DNA of 63,681 nt, the filler included, from Deltaproteobacteria bacterium (GTDB taxonomy: Bacteria; JAUYMQ01), in NCBI GenBank assembly GCA_030698575.1. It is 9 parts of 9 records of this genome, joined end to end, with 100 filler letters (N's around TTAATTAATTAA, not from the genome) between each part and the next. Parts side by side here need not be neighbours in the genome. Positions count along the whole stretch, not along the records: positions 1 to 22,240 come from JAUYMQ010000478.1; 8 more parts are not named here. One strand, 5' to 3'. The first letter of the stretch is position 1, and each line of letters starts with the position of its first letter. Under the pieces are notes generated by a model. That model was given only the letters and a program-made list of their open reading frames with translations. It ran no database searches and had not been told where the DNA came from. A program made the position numbers and the translations under genes. Shown here piece after piece: positions 9,173 through 20,866 of this stretch.

Positions 9173-9724
9173 ATGGCATGCATCAAGGGCAGCGCCCTGC
9201 TCCCGGCTGTCAAGCTCGTCAGGAAGTTCAGTGAGAAGGCCGCGCCGCATCTGGGTGAAGCCGGGAAGAAGCTCATCGAGCAACGCATTCTCGTGGGCGC
9301 GTGGTATCCGCTCGAAGACGCCTCGGAGGTGATGACGGCCGCGACGAAGATCGTGGGTAGCGCATCGCTGGCCGAGGGGATGGAATTCATCGGCGCGGAT
9401 CTCGCCGAGAACGATCTACGAAATCTGTACAGCCACTACATCACCGAGGGAGACGTGAGCAAGTCCTTGCGCCGCTCGGCCCTCCTCTGGCGCAACTACT
9501 TCGACACGGGCACGGTGCGGATAGCAAAGCCGGATCCTGCCACGAACCGGATCATCACCCACCTCGAGGGGTTCCAGTCGACCGTCCCTTTCTGCGCCGG
9601 CATCATGGGCATGGGAAAGGTGGTCGTGCGCATAGCCGGCAGGGGCGCGGTCGCCCGCACCGTGAAGCTCAAGTGCACGCTGAGGGGCGATCCGCATTGC
9701 GAATTCGAGACCCACTGGGACTGA
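9173..9724 (+). CDS. Hypothetical V4R/H-NOX-like (DUF2378-type) protein, paralog 1
   Basis: GGAGG RBS; KG...ILVGAWYP...LWRNYFDTG...C...CTLRGDPHCEF. Confidence 0.6.
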   Translation: MACIKGSALLPAVKLVRKFSEKAAPHLGEAGKKLIEQRILVGAWYPLEDASEVMTAATKIVGSASLAEGMEFIGADLAENDLRNLYSHYITEGDVSKSLRRSALLWRNYFDTGTVRIAKPDPATNRIITHLEGFQSTVPFCAGIMGMGKVVVRIAGRGAVARTVKLKCTLRGDPHCEFETHWD

Positions 9725-9833
9725 ACTGGCTGCCGGGGACACGGTCGACGTCCGGGTCCGGGCGCACCGGGCAACTGCCCGAGTCGCACCCTCACCCGTG
9801 TCTCCCGATGATCCAGGAGGATCTTAACTTAAC

Positions 9834-10385
9834 GTGGCCAAGGTCAAGGGAACGGCGCTCGTCCCGGCCGTCAAACTGGTTCGAAAGAACCGCAAAAAGC
9901 TGGAGCCGCTGCTGGACGACGCAACGCGCGCGTTCGTCTCGCAGCGGATACTCCCGGGCGCGTGGTATCCGATGGAGGATGCCACGCGGCTGCTCCTGGT
10001 AGTCTGTCGCTTCTTCGGGGGGTCTCCGGCGCAGGCCATGGAGCTGGTCGGCAGGTTCTGCGCCGAGGACGACCTTCGCGGGGTCTACGAGAATGTGATC
10101 CAGGCGGACGATCTCGCGCGGACGTTCAGGCGCGCCGTGATGCTCTGCCGCAACTACGTGGACACCGCGACCCTGAGCGTCGCTCACATGGACGCCGCGC
10201 TCAAGCAGTACGTGATGCGCCTGGACGGAATGCCGAAGAGCGACGTCCCCTATTGCGCCTGCGTTCTGGGGATGGCGAAGGTGGTCGCCCGTTTCGTGGG
10301 GGTGGAGGACACCTACAAGATCGAGGAGACCCGCTGCACGTTGCGCGGCGATCCCTTCTGCGAATTCCATTCGCGCTGGGGATGA
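9834..10385 (+). CDS. Hypothetical V4R/H-NOX-like (DUF2378-type) protein, paralog 2
   Basis: Same length (183 aa) and colinear motifs as 9173-9724; CTLRGDPFCEF. Confidence 0.6.
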   Translation: MAKVKGTALVPAVKLVRKNRKKLEPLLDDATRAFVSQRILPGAWYPMEDATRLLLVVCRFFGGSPAQAMELVGRFCAEDDLRGVYENVIQADDLARTFRRAVMLCRNYVDTATLSVAHMDAALKQYVMRLDGMPKSDVPYCACVLGMAKVVARFVGVEDTYKIEETRCTLRGDPFCEFHSRWG

Positions 10386-10422
10386 CCCGGAGCCCCGCCG
10401 CTATCGCGAAAATTTGAACCGC

Positions 10423-12036
<1,614 letters not shown>

Positions 12037-12197
12037 ATCTTTTTTTTCGACAGCGCTTCGCGCTGTCCGTTCGTCCTCCGTAACGCCATCGCCCGCCGGG
12101 GAGGCCCGGGCCGGGTGCCGTCTTGATGGCTACGGTAGCACGCCCGGCCGTCGAAACCAATCAGAAGCGGGCAATCGACAACCTGACCGGCGCCGCC

Positions 12198-13691
12198 TCA
12201 GCCCAGGTTGACCCAGACCGACTTCGTCTGCGTGTACAGTTCGAGGCAGTGCGCGCCCAGTTCACGCCCGAAGCCGCTCATCTTATAGCCGCCGAAGGGG
12301 CTCGCCGGGTCGAAGACGTTCCAGGTGTTCACCCAGACCGTTCCGGCGCGGAGAGCCGCGGCCACCCGGTGCGCCTTCCGGACGTCCGAAGTGAAAACCC
12401 CGGCCGCCAGCCCATAAAGCGTATCGTTTCCCTGCCGAACGACGTCTTCGATATCCCGGAACGTGATGGTGGTGAGAACCGGGCCGAAGATCTCTTCGCG
12501 AGCCAGGCGCATGTCATTTGTCGCCCGGTCGAAGATCGTGGGCTCCACGAAGTAGCCCCCCGTTTCCTCCGCCAGCTTCGACGGTCCGCCGCCAAGAACC
12601 GGCTGGGCCCCTTCCTGCCGCCCCAGCTCGAGGTACGAGAGCACCTTCTCCATCTGCTCCTTCGAGACCTGCGGGCCCATGGTGGTGCCGGGATCGAGCG
12701 GATCTCCCTGCTTGATCTTGGCGGCCCTCGCGACGAGCTTTTCCATGAAGACGTCGTGCGCCTTCTCCTCGACGAAGAGCCTGGAGCCGGCGCAGCACAC
12801 CTGCCCCTGATTGAAGAATATCCCCGTGAACGTCCCCCGAACCGCGGTGTCCATGTCGGCGTCGGCGAAGACGATGTTCGGACTCTTACCTCCCAGCTCG
12901 AGCGACGGGCGCTTCAGGTTGGATTTCGCGGAAGCCTCGAGGATGAGCCGCCCAGTCGAGGTTTCGCCGGTGAACGCGATCTTGTCGACGTCCATGTGCG
13001 CGCTGAGCGCAGCACCCGCCGTGGGGCCGAAACCCGTGATGATGTTCACCACTCCTTCCGGCAACCCAGCCTCGAGGATCAGCTCTCCCAGGCGGAGCGC
13101 CGAGAGCGAAGTCTGCTCCGCCGGCTTCAGCACGCAGGTATTGCCGCAGGCGAGCGCCGGGGCAAGCTTCCAGGCGGCCATGAGGAGCGGGAAGTTCCAG
13201 GGAATGATCTGCCCCACCACCCCCATGGGCTCGCGCAGGGTGTAGTTGAAGAAGGGACCGTTCACCGGGACGGTCTCGCCGTGAATCTTCGTGACCCAGC
13301 CGGCGTAGTAACGAAAGACCTCCGCCGCCATGGGAATGTCGACGTTGCGTGATTCGCGGATGGGCTTGCCGTTGTCCAGGGATTCTATCTCGGCGATCTC
13401 GTCGGCATTCTCGAGGATGAGATCGCCCACCTTCCAGAGCATCGCCTGCCGCTCGCGGGGAAGGAGTTTCGCCCACGCGCCCTCAAAGGCCGCGCGGGCC
13501 GCCTTCACGGCAAGGTCGACGTCCGCCTTGTCCCCCTCCGCCAGCGTGGTGAGCGTCTGGCCGGTGGCGGGGTTCAGTGCGTCGAAGCGCTTGCCGCTCT
13601 TCGCATCCACCCATTTTCCGCCGATCAGGAGCTTTCCCGGCTTGAGCTGCGCCAGCTTCGGGGGGCTGAATTTCACCGCGGAGGTTGCCAT
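12198..13691 (-). CDS. NAD(P)-dependent aldehyde dehydrogenase
   Basis: IIPWNFP, KPAEQT, FTGET, LELGGKSP, NQGQVC, EEIFGPV, PFGGYKMSG. Confidence 0.95.
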   Translation of the reverse strand: MATSAVKFSPPKLAQLKPGKLLIGGKWVDAKSGKRFDALNPATGQTLTTLAEGDKADVDLAVKAARAAFEGAWAKLLPRERQAMLWKVGDLILENADEIAEIESLDNGKPIRESRNVDIPMAAEVFRYYAGWVTKIHGETVPVNGPFFNYTLREPMGVVGQIIPWNFPLLMAAWKLAPALACGNTCVLKPAEQTSLSALRLGELILEAGLPEGVVNIITGFGPTAGAALSAHMDVDKIAFTGETSTGRLILEASAKSNLKRPSLELGGKSPNIVFADADMDTAVRGTFTGIFFNQGQVCCAGSRLFVEEKAHDVFMEKLVARAAKIKQGDPLDPGTTMGPQVSKEQMEKVLSYLELGRQEGAQPVLGGGPSKLAEETGGYFVEPTIFDRATNDMRLAREEIFGPVLTTITFRDIEDVVRQGNDTLYGLAAGVFTSDVRKAHRVAAALRAGTVWVNTWNVFDPASPFGGYKMSGFGRELGAHCLELYTQTKSVWVNLG

Positions 13692-13743
13692 CGTGTGACT
13701 CCTTGTTCGGGACGGAGGTTTGGGCGCGGGTTGTGGCGCGCCG

Positions 13744-15054
13744 TTAGGCGCAGATCCGCCTCACGACCTCGAAAAGAACTTCGCAGCCGAGCCCCACGTT
13801 GTCCGTCGAGACCCGCTCGTTGTGGCCGTGCACGCCTGTCAGATCGTCCATCGTGAGAAGGAACGGGATGAATCCATAGCTCTGCACGCCCCGCTCGCGG
13901 TACTGACGGCAGTCGGTGAATCCCGGACATATCTGCGGCAGGAGCCCCTCTCCCGCCCCGCGATCCTTCAGCACCGCCTGGATGACGTCGTAAAGCTCTG
14001 ACTCGAGCGGCGTGGGCACGGGGTCGGCGGCGTAGATCGTCTCGAGGGTCACTTCCGGATCCGCAATCTGCTTCTGGAGGTCGGCCAGGAAAGCCTCGGC
14101 CGTCCGCCCCGGCAGGAGCCTGCAATCGAGCGTGGCCTCGGCCTCCGACGGGATTACGTTCACCTTGTAGCCTGCCTTCATGCTCGTGATGGAGATCGTG
14201 TCGCGGGTCATCGCGCGCAGGAAGGGGTTCATCTCGGCCATGCCACGAAGCAGCTCTTCATCCTGGATTACCGGGATCAGGCCCGCAGCGGCCGCGCGCT
14301 CGAGGAACATCCGCACCTCCGGGAGCACGCGAAACTCGGTCTGCCAGCCGGCGGCGCGATCAAGTGCGCGCGCCATGCGCGACGTGGCCGTCTGCGCGGA
14401 GGGCACCGAACCATGACCGGGCGTCCCCTGTGTCCTGAGCCTCAGCCACACGGGCCCCTTCTCGGCAGGCGCGATGCCGAAGAGCTTCGTGGGCTGCGAC
14501 ATGAATTCGCACAGGCCAAAAGCCCCTTCGTTCAGGACGAAGGCCGCATCGAGCAGTTCGGGGCGGTTCTTCTCGATCCAGTGCATGCCGAAATGCCCCG
14601 CCTCCTCCTCATCGGCGACAGCGAGAAGCACCACGTCGCGCCGCAGGGGAACGTTATGACGCTTGAGGAGAAGAACAGTCATGAGCTCGAGCACCGCCAT
14701 CCCCTTCATGTCAAGAGCACCCCGCCCCCAGAGCACCCCGTCCTTGACGACGCCGGAGAAGGGAGGCTCGCGCCAGCGATCCTTCTCGGCGGGAACCACG
14801 TCGGTATGCGAGAGAAGCACGAGCGGCTTTCCAGCGCCGCCCTCGCCCGAGAGGCGGGCCACCAGCGAGGTGCGCCCCGGCGCCGCATCGAACCGCTCGG
14901 TCTTGATCCCCTCCCGCTCGAGTATGTCCGAAAGGAACGCCGCAGCAGCTTCCTCGCCGCCGGGCGGGTTCGTGGTGTCGATGCGGAGAAGCGCTGCGAG
15001 GATCTCGACCGCTTCCTTCTGGATCTCCTGCCAGTCGATGGAGGGCGCGCCCAT
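13744..15054 (-). CDS. M20/M25/M40 family metallopeptidase
   Basis: LSHTDVVPA, GRGALDMKG, ADEE, NEG, HGHNER; AAGGAG RBS. Confidence 0.9.
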   Translation of the reverse strand: MGAPSIDWQEIQKEAVEILAALLRIDTTNPPGGEEAAAAFLSDILEREGIKTERFDAAPGRTSLVARLSGEGGAGKPLVLLSHTDVVPAEKDRWREPPFSGVVKDGVLWGRGALDMKGMAVLELMTVLLLKRHNVPLRRDVVLLAVADEEEAGHFGMHWIEKNRPELLDAAFVLNEGAFGLCEFMSQPTKLFGIAPAEKGPVWLRLRTQGTPGHGSVPSAQTATSRMARALDRAAGWQTEFRVLPEVRMFLERAAAAGLIPVIQDEELLRGMAEMNPFLRAMTRDTISITSMKAGYKVNVIPSEAEATLDCRLLPGRTAEAFLADLQKQIADPEVTLETIYAADPVPTPLESELYDVIQAVLKDRGAGEGLLPQICPGFTDCRQYRERGVQSYGFIPFLLTMDDLTGVHGHNERVSTDNVGLGCEVLFEVVRRICA

Positions 15055-15114
15055 GGTTGCCGTGCTCCTTTGCGAGGTTCGTTGCCTGCTGCGAACGATC
15101 ATCCTATCAGGAAG

Positions 15115-15669
15115 TCAGAATCCGGGCACCCCCGGGCCGACACGCCGCCATCCCCAGGTCGCGTGACGTCCGAGTCGAAAAACGAAGCGATTGTCGGCAC
15201 ATGACGCGGCATCCCTGAGATCGACCTCGAGCTCCTTCTCGCCACGCGGCAGCCGGACCGAGAACCCGCGGGCTTCCCTCTCGCCGGTCGCGATCGTCGC
15301 GGAGGACACCTCCGCCGCCTCCCGGACCCGGACGGCCTCCGATCGCCCGGGAAGGCGGGCCTGCACAAGGCGCGGGTCGAATGAGGCAAGCGCGTTCCCG
15401 CGGTTCTCGACGATTGCCAGAAGGAACAGACCCTCGCCCCCGAAGAAGAGCGGCCGCGATCCGGGGAGCGGCAACGCCCACATCGAGCGCGGCGCGGCCC
15501 AGAGCCGCAGCGCCATGTCGCACGCCCGGGCCTCGCCGAGCGCGTCGAGCCAGGTGGTCTCCGCGCCGGAAACCGACCATCGCCAATCCCGCGCCGGTAG
15601 GTGACACCCGCCCGCGAGGAGAAGCGTCGTGCCGACAATCAGAAGAGGAAGAAGCCCGAGCCTTCGCAT
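15115..15669 (-). CDS. Hypothetical lipoprotein
   Basis: MRRLGLLPLLIVGTTLLLAGGC signal with lipobox-like Cys. Confidence 0.5.
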   Translation of the reverse strand: MRRLGLLPLLIVGTTLLLAGGCHLPARDWRWSVSGAETTWLDALGEARACDMALRLWAAPRSMWALPLPGSRPLFFGGEGLFLLAIVENRGNALASFDPRLVQARLPGRSEAVRVREAAEVSSATIATGEREARGFSVRLPRGEKELEVDLRDAASCADNRFVFRLGRHATWGWRRVGPGVPGF

Positions 15670-15748
15670 GGGAGCAGGCGATAGCACGCCGCGGGCCGCC
15701 GCAACAACCGTGTTGTGATGCGCCCTTGGCAAGGGATATGCTTGCGCC

Positions 15749-17305
15749 ATGCCGTCCTTCCTGCCCGCCTGGGTCCTTTGGCTGGCCGCGGCGATCGTCC
15801 TCATCCTCACCTACGAGGCTTTGCGCGCCTGGGTGCTGGGGCGATTGCGGCGGCGCTTCTCCCGCTCGATCGACCGCAGCATCCGCCGCAAGGGCGTCCG
15901 CCTCGATCCCTTCAAGTTCGCCCAGCGCTTCCTGATCCGGGAAGAGATACTGAACGACGTGGAGGTAAACGCCGCGATTCTCGATAAGGCGCGCGAGACG
16001 GGCCGGCGGGTCGACGAAGTGCGCGAAGAGGTGGAAGACTACATCGAGGAAATCGTGCCCGCCTTCAGCCTCGTTTCCTACTACCGCCTCGGGGCCACCG
16101 TGGCCCGCGTCTTCATGAACTGGCTCTACTCGGTCGTCGTTGACGAATCGCGCATCAAGGATCGCCCGGCTGTAACGGAAGACGCCTGCGTTGTCTACAT
16201 CGCAAACCATCGATCGAACGTCGACTACGTGGCGATTGCCTACACGCTGATCGACGAGATTTCGCTCTCCTACGCTACCGGCGAATGGGCGCGCGTCTGG
16301 CCGCTGGAGTCGCTGTTCAAGAGCTTCGGCGCGTACTTCGTGCGGCGTGGCTTTCGCGATCAAGTCTATCATCTCGTGCTGGAGAAATACGTGCAGCTGA
16401 TCACGCGAAACGGCGTAACACAGGGGATATTCCTCGAAGGGGGGCTGACGCGCGACGGCAAGTGCCGGGAACCCAAGGTCGGCATCCTGGACTACCTGGT
16501 AAAGATGAAAGCCGACCCGGGCATGACCCGGGACCTCGTCATCATCCCGGTCGGAATCAATTACGACAGGGTGCTGGAGGACGAGGTGCTTCTCGCCGAA
16601 AAGAAAACGGGGCGGGAAAAATCGGGGTTCAGGGCGAACCTGAAAAGCCTGGTTCGCGTGGTGGCGGGCGCACCCTGGATCCTGACGGTGAATATCGTGC
16701 GGAGACTCCGCGGCTACCGGCGCCTTCACGGGTACGCCGCCGTTCGCTTCGGCACGCCGATTTCCGTGAGCGCATGGATGAGCACGCTCGACTGCGACCT
16801 GTTCACGCTGCCTCGGGAGCAGCGGCGCTTGCGCATTCACGAATTCGCGGACAGTCTCATGGAGGGAATCCGGCGCACGATTCCCGTGACGCCCGTGCCC
16901 CTGGTTTCCTACATTCTCCTCGGGGTGGGTGAGGCGTCGCCGACCCGGACCACGCTTCTTCAGGAACTGGTGAAAACGCGGAGGCGGCTCGTCCGTGCGG
17001 GGGCGCCGCTTGTCATGGGAGACGAGTTTGAGTCCAGCCGGCTCGGCCGTGAACATCTCGAGGAAGAGAGGGAGTCGCGCCTCCAGGATCTCGTCGCCTT
17101 CGAGGAAACGTTCCTCGACGTCGAGGAGGCCCGGGAAACTCTCCAGATCGCCCTGGGGATACTGGGCAGGCGGAAGATCATCAGTGAATCGAACGGCGCC
17201 ATCCAGGTCGAGCCTTCGGGAAAAGAGCTCCTCGCGTACTATGCAAACAGCATCGCGCACTATCTCGATGGGCCGGAGCCGTCAGAGGCCCGGGTTGCCG
17301 GCTAG
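15749..17305 (+). CDS. PlsB-like glycerol-3-phosphate/lysophospholipid acyltransferase
   Basis: NHRSNVD (HX4D), GAYFVRR, FLEGGLTRDG, PVGINYD. Confidence 0.85.
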   Translation: MPSFLPAWVLWLAAAIVLILTYEALRAWVLGRLRRRFSRSIDRSIRRKGVRLDPFKFAQRFLIREEILNDVEVNAAILDKARETGRRVDEVREEVEDYIEEIVPAFSLVSYYRLGATVARVFMNWLYSVVVDESRIKDRPAVTEDACVVYIANHRSNVDYVAIAYTLIDEISLSYATGEWARVWPLESLFKSFGAYFVRRGFRDQVYHLVLEKYVQLITRNGVTQGIFLEGGLTRDGKCREPKVGILDYLVKMKADPGMTRDLVIIPVGINYDRVLEDEVLLAEKKTGREKSGFRANLKSLVRVVAGAPWILTVNIVRRLRGYRRLHGYAAVRFGTPISVSAWMSTLDCDLFTLPREQRRLRIHEFADSLMEGIRRTIPVTPVPLVSYILLGVGEASPTRTTLLQELVKTRRRLVRAGAPLVMGDEFESSRLGREHLEEERESRLQDLVAFEETFLDVEEARETLQIALGILGRRKIISESNGAIQVEPSGKELLAYYANSIAHYLDGPEPSEARVAG

Positions 17306-18323
17306 GGCGCGGCTTGCCCTGCCGATACTCCTGCTCGTGATGGCGGTTTACTCGCCGGCAGCCGCTGAGCCCGCGCGCGCCTGCCCCACACCGCTCGCGG
17401 TGATGAAGCCGCCGGACATGCGCGCGTCCTGCTCGTCCGGCACCCGGGCCGACGGCCGGCTGCGCGACGGCGCGATCCTCCCCGACGCCGGCTGCGGCTT
17501 TCGCCGCATCTTCACGATGCGCGACGAGCGGTACGCCACGGATGAGCTGGTCTCTGCGATCGCCCGGGCGGGCGCGTTGCTTTCGCGCGGCGACTTCTCG
17601 AACAGACGCGGCGGCGGCGCGAATCCGCCGCTCGGCGTCGGCAACCTCTCACCACCCGCCGCGCTGCGCATGGAAGAGGACCCCTTCCTCGGCAAGCGAT
17701 TCTCGATCTCCCACACCTCCGGGCGCGCAGCCGATCTGGCGTTTTTCGTTCTTGACCGCGCCGGCCGCCCGACCCGGAGCTTCGAAACCGGAATCGGCTT
17801 CAGGCGCGACGGCTGGAACGTCAGCGGCTACCGGCGCTACTACCTCCCCACGAACGCCTTCCGGGACGCAGAGCCGCAGTGGGGGTGCCAGCGGGCGAGC
17901 AGCTTCCGGGGCGTTTCCCAGTGGAAGTGCTTCGTCCCCACAAGGGGCTACCGCTTCGACGACGCGCGAAACTGGGCGCTCGTGAAGGCGCTTCTGCTTG
18001 ATCCGGACATCGGCGTGGTGGATCCCGACACGGGGCGCGTGCGGCCGAAGGATCAGGGCATCCGTCGCATCCTGATTTCGAACCCGCTTCAGGAGAGGCT
18101 GCTGCGAAGCGCTCGTGGGAACGGAGCGCCCCGCGAACTCGTCGATCTGGCGGCGGCCGTCATGACCCAGCCGACCAACGCGCTACCCCATGACGATCAT
18201 CTGCACATCGATCTGAACTGCGCTCCCGGCGACGTGGCCCGCTGCGGCTGCCTCAACTCGGCCATGCCGCCGCGCCCCAGCGTGGGCGTGCGGATTCTCC
18301 CTCCGTCCTCTTTCGGAAACTAA
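17295..18323 (+). CDS. Penicillin-insensitive murein endopeptidase (MepA-like); start uncertain (TTG 17295 or ATG 17268)
   Basis: Signal peptide; GRLRDG, VGNLS, SHTSGRAADLAF, HDDHLHI metal motifs. Confidence 0.75.
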   Translation: MPARARLALPILLLVMAVYSPAAAEPARACPTPLAVMKPPDMRASCSSGTRADGRLRDGAILPDAGCGFRRIFTMRDERYATDELVSAIARAGALLSRGDFSNRRGGGANPPLGVGNLSPPAALRMEEDPFLGKRFSISHTSGRAADLAFFVLDRAGRPTRSFETGIGFRRDGWNVSGYRRYYLPTNAFRDAEPQWGCQRASSFRGVSQWKCFVPTRGYRFDDARNWALVKALLLDPDIGVVDPDTGRVRPKDQGIRRILISNPLQERLLRSARGNGAPRELVDLAAAVMTQPTNALPHDDHLHIDLNCAPGDVARCGCLNSAMPPRPSVGVRILPPSSFGN

Positions 18324-18333
18324 CCGAAGACGA

Positions 18334-19194
18334 TCAGACCGATCCCTTGAGCACGCGCTCTATCTGGTGGGCGACGCCCGGCGAGAAGAGAAGGGTGACG
18401 TGTCCGACGAAATCGACGCGGATGTTCTCGACGGGAGGCTCGGGCAGGATGGCGCTCTCGGTCGGAATGACGACGTTGTCGTAGTTCGACCAGATGGAGA
18501 CGAGGCGGGATGCACCCGCGATGGCGGGGGAGCCCTCGAGGATCGCGGCCAGTTCCTTCAGCACGGCCGATCCGGGGGCAAGCTGGCGAACGAGCGGAAG
18601 CGTGGAGAACGACGCCATGCGGGTTCCCCGGAACGGCGCGCCAAGCGCGACGCAGGTCCCCAGCGCCGCTGCTCCTCCGCCCCGGAGCAAGGTGTGGAAG
18701 ATGACCACCCCGCCGAGCGAATGCCCCACCGCATCGACCCGATCGGCGCCCGTCGAACTCCGGATCTCCTCGATGCAGGCCGCCACCTGATCCGACAGCG
18801 CCGAGATGTGGCCGCGCCTGAAATCGAGATCGAGAAGATGCACGCTCGTCCAGCCCGCCCGCCGAAGACGCCGTCGGAGCAGCATGAGGGCGCCGCCGTT
18901 CACGTACATCCCGTGCACGAGCAGGACGGGCCGGCGGTCGCCGGGCGGCATCGGCCGTCGGCCGTCGAGAAGGCGCAGCGGGTACGCAAGGAGAACGAGG
19001 AGGCTCGAGAGGATCTCGGCTGCGAGGCCGGCGAGCGCCCGAAGGCCGACGAGCCACACCGGTCCGGAATTCTCGAGATGCGGGAAGCCCTTCTGGGCAG
19101 ACTCGTACCAGTAGATGATGTAGGTGCCGGTGACGTAGGCCCCCCGCACCGCCACGAGAATGGCCAGGGGGACGACAATCCAGTTCCAGCTCAT
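18334..19194 (-). CDS. Membrane-anchored alpha/beta hydrolase (lipase/esterase)
   Basis: PVLLVHG, GHSLGG nucleophile elbow, LGAPFRGT, D and GH triad residues. Confidence 0.85.
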   Translation of the reverse strand: MSWNWIVVPLAILVAVRGAYVTGTYIIYWYESAQKGFPHLENSGPVWLVGLRALAGLAAEILSSLLVLLAYPLRLLDGRRPMPPGDRRPVLLVHGMYVNGGALMLLRRRLRRAGWTSVHLLDLDFRRGHISALSDQVAACIEEIRSSTGADRVDAVGHSLGGVVIFHTLLRGGGAAALGTCVALGAPFRGTRMASFSTLPLVRQLAPGSAVLKELAAILEGSPAIAGASRLVSIWSNYDNVVIPTESAILPEPPVENIRVDFVGHVTLLFSPGVAHQIERVLKGSV

Positions 19195-19266
19195 GGCTCC
19201 ATCCTAAAGGCTCCGGCCCCGCATCATCAACCTCACCTTTCCGCGACCCGGTCCCGCTGGCCGGGC

Positions 19267-20625
19267 TCAGCCCGGGCTTCGCAGCGCCCGGACGACCGCC
19301 TCGGCTTCCCGCTCGAGGGCGGGGCGGAAGGCGGGATCGGCGAGCCGCGCGATCGCCATGGCGCGATCGGCGTCCGAGAGGAGGCTGAGATCCACGGTGC
19401 CATGCTCGGTGACCAGGTACTGCAGGTGGTAACGGGGCGTCGTGACGATGGCGCCGGCAGGATGACGCGCGACGATTCGCGAGATCCTCTCCCCACGGAC
19501 CTCCAGGGTGGAGGTCATGACGACGAAGCTCTCCCCGTCGGGGCATTCGTGAGCGCCCATGACGAAATCCTCGTGCCCCCCTGTCCCGCTGTACTGCCTG
19601 CCGCCGAGCGACTCGGCCACCACCTGCCCGTGGAGATCGACCGACAGGGCGGTGTTCACGCTGGTCATGTGGCGGTTGCGCCGAATGATCGCCGGCTCGT
19701 TCGAGTGCTCGACAGGCAGCATGCAAAGCGCCGGGTTCCCGTCCATCCAGCGGTAAAGCGCGAAGCCTCCGAGCGCGAAGGTGGCGACGGAGAGACCGTC
19801 GTGCACTCCCTTCCGGTTGCTCACCTTGCCCACCTCGTGCAGAAGCATGATGCCGTCGGGGATCATCTCGGTGTGGACGCCGAAGTCCCCCTTCTCACCC
19901 GCGGCGAGCGCGCGCGCGATCTCGTTCGGAACGCCGCCGATCCCGAACTGGAGAGTGGCGCCGTGCTCGATGTGGCCCACGACCTGCCCGGCGATGGCCT
20001 TTTCTTCCGGCGTGGGCGGAAAGTCGGATATCGCGGGGAGCGGGATCTCCGATTCGATCACAACTTCGACCTCCGAGACGTGCACGCGGTTCCCGCCGAG
20101 ATTGGCGAGCCCCCCGACCGCCGGCATCCCCGGGTTCACCTCCACGATCAGAACTCTTTCCGGATCGCGGCCCGCCTCGACGAAATCGGTGTAGGTCGCT
20201 CCCGCGTGGACGCCGAAGGTGAAATAGCCGTCGCCGTCCATCGGAGAGACGCACTCGGCCGCCACTCGGGGCCGCAGGCAGCGCAGCGCGCGGGCCTGGC
20301 CGCGAAAATTCGAGGGGAGATAGTCCGCCGCGGCGCCCTGCCCCCGAAGCGCGCGCTCCACCGGGCCGAAGAAACCCGAGAGGAGCCGCACGCCGGACCG
20401 TGAAAGAACCGGGTAGGGCTCGAGGAAGAGCCCGCCGAGAATGAGCAGATCGCGCCAGTCACCGCGATCGCCCAGCGCCCGCAGCAACACCGCCGGCTGG
20501 CCGGCGGCGATCGGTACGGCAATCTGGTCCTCTGGATGAAGAACGCCCGCCGCGTCCGCCGCGGAACGGAGCTTCCGGCGGTAGAGCGATCGGGGATCGC
20601 TGTCGTTCGTCGGCGGCGAGGTCAT
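19267..20625 (-). CDS. Acetyl-CoA hydrolase / 4-hydroxybutyrate CoA-transferase family
   Basis: TLQFGIGGVPN, GVHTEM, SVDLHGQV, YSGTGGHEDF, VTEHG. Confidence 0.9.
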   Translation of the reverse strand: MTSPPTNDSDPRSLYRRKLRSAADAAGVLHPEDQIAVPIAAGQPAVLLRALGDRGDWRDLLILGGLFLEPYPVLSRSGVRLLSGFFGPVERALRGQGAAADYLPSNFRGQARALRCLRPRVAAECVSPMDGDGYFTFGVHAGATYTDFVEAGRDPERVLIVEVNPGMPAVGGLANLGGNRVHVSEVEVVIESEIPLPAISDFPPTPEEKAIAGQVVGHIEHGATLQFGIGGVPNEIARALAAGEKGDFGVHTEMIPDGIMLLHEVGKVSNRKGVHDGLSVATFALGGFALYRWMDGNPALCMLPVEHSNEPAIIRRNRHMTSVNTALSVDLHGQVVAESLGGRQYSGTGGHEDFVMGAHECPDGESFVVMTSTLEVRGERISRIVARHPAGAIVTTPRYHLQYLVTEHGTVDLSLLSDADRAMAIARLADPAFRPALEREAEAVVRALRSPG

Positions 20626-20786
20626 GAAGTTTCCGGGGGCGGGCTCGACGGGCGTCTGGCCCGGGACGTGTGACGCAGCTAAGCACTAACACGCACCCCT
20701 CCGGCCCCGCAACGCGCCTTCCGGGGCCCGACGGGCCTCTGGATCCGAACGGGGCAGGGGAATTCCGCGCCATGGCGCTTCTACAA

Positions 20787-20815
20787 TTGACACAGGCCGG
20801 AGGCGCCGCTAGGAT
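20787..20815 (+). promoter_or_regulatory. Putative sigma70 promoter
   Basis: TTGACA-17 nt-TAGGAT upstream of 20867. Confidence 0.55.
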
Positions 20816-20866
20816 GGCGCCCCGTAGCATTTAAAAGAGGCCTCGCAGGGGCCGAAGGGAGGGGGA

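Noticed and set aside
15107-20403. Long ORFs 15107-17260(-) and 18367-20403(+)
   Set aside because: Antisense shadows of well-supported genes in high-GC DNA; no recognisable motifs
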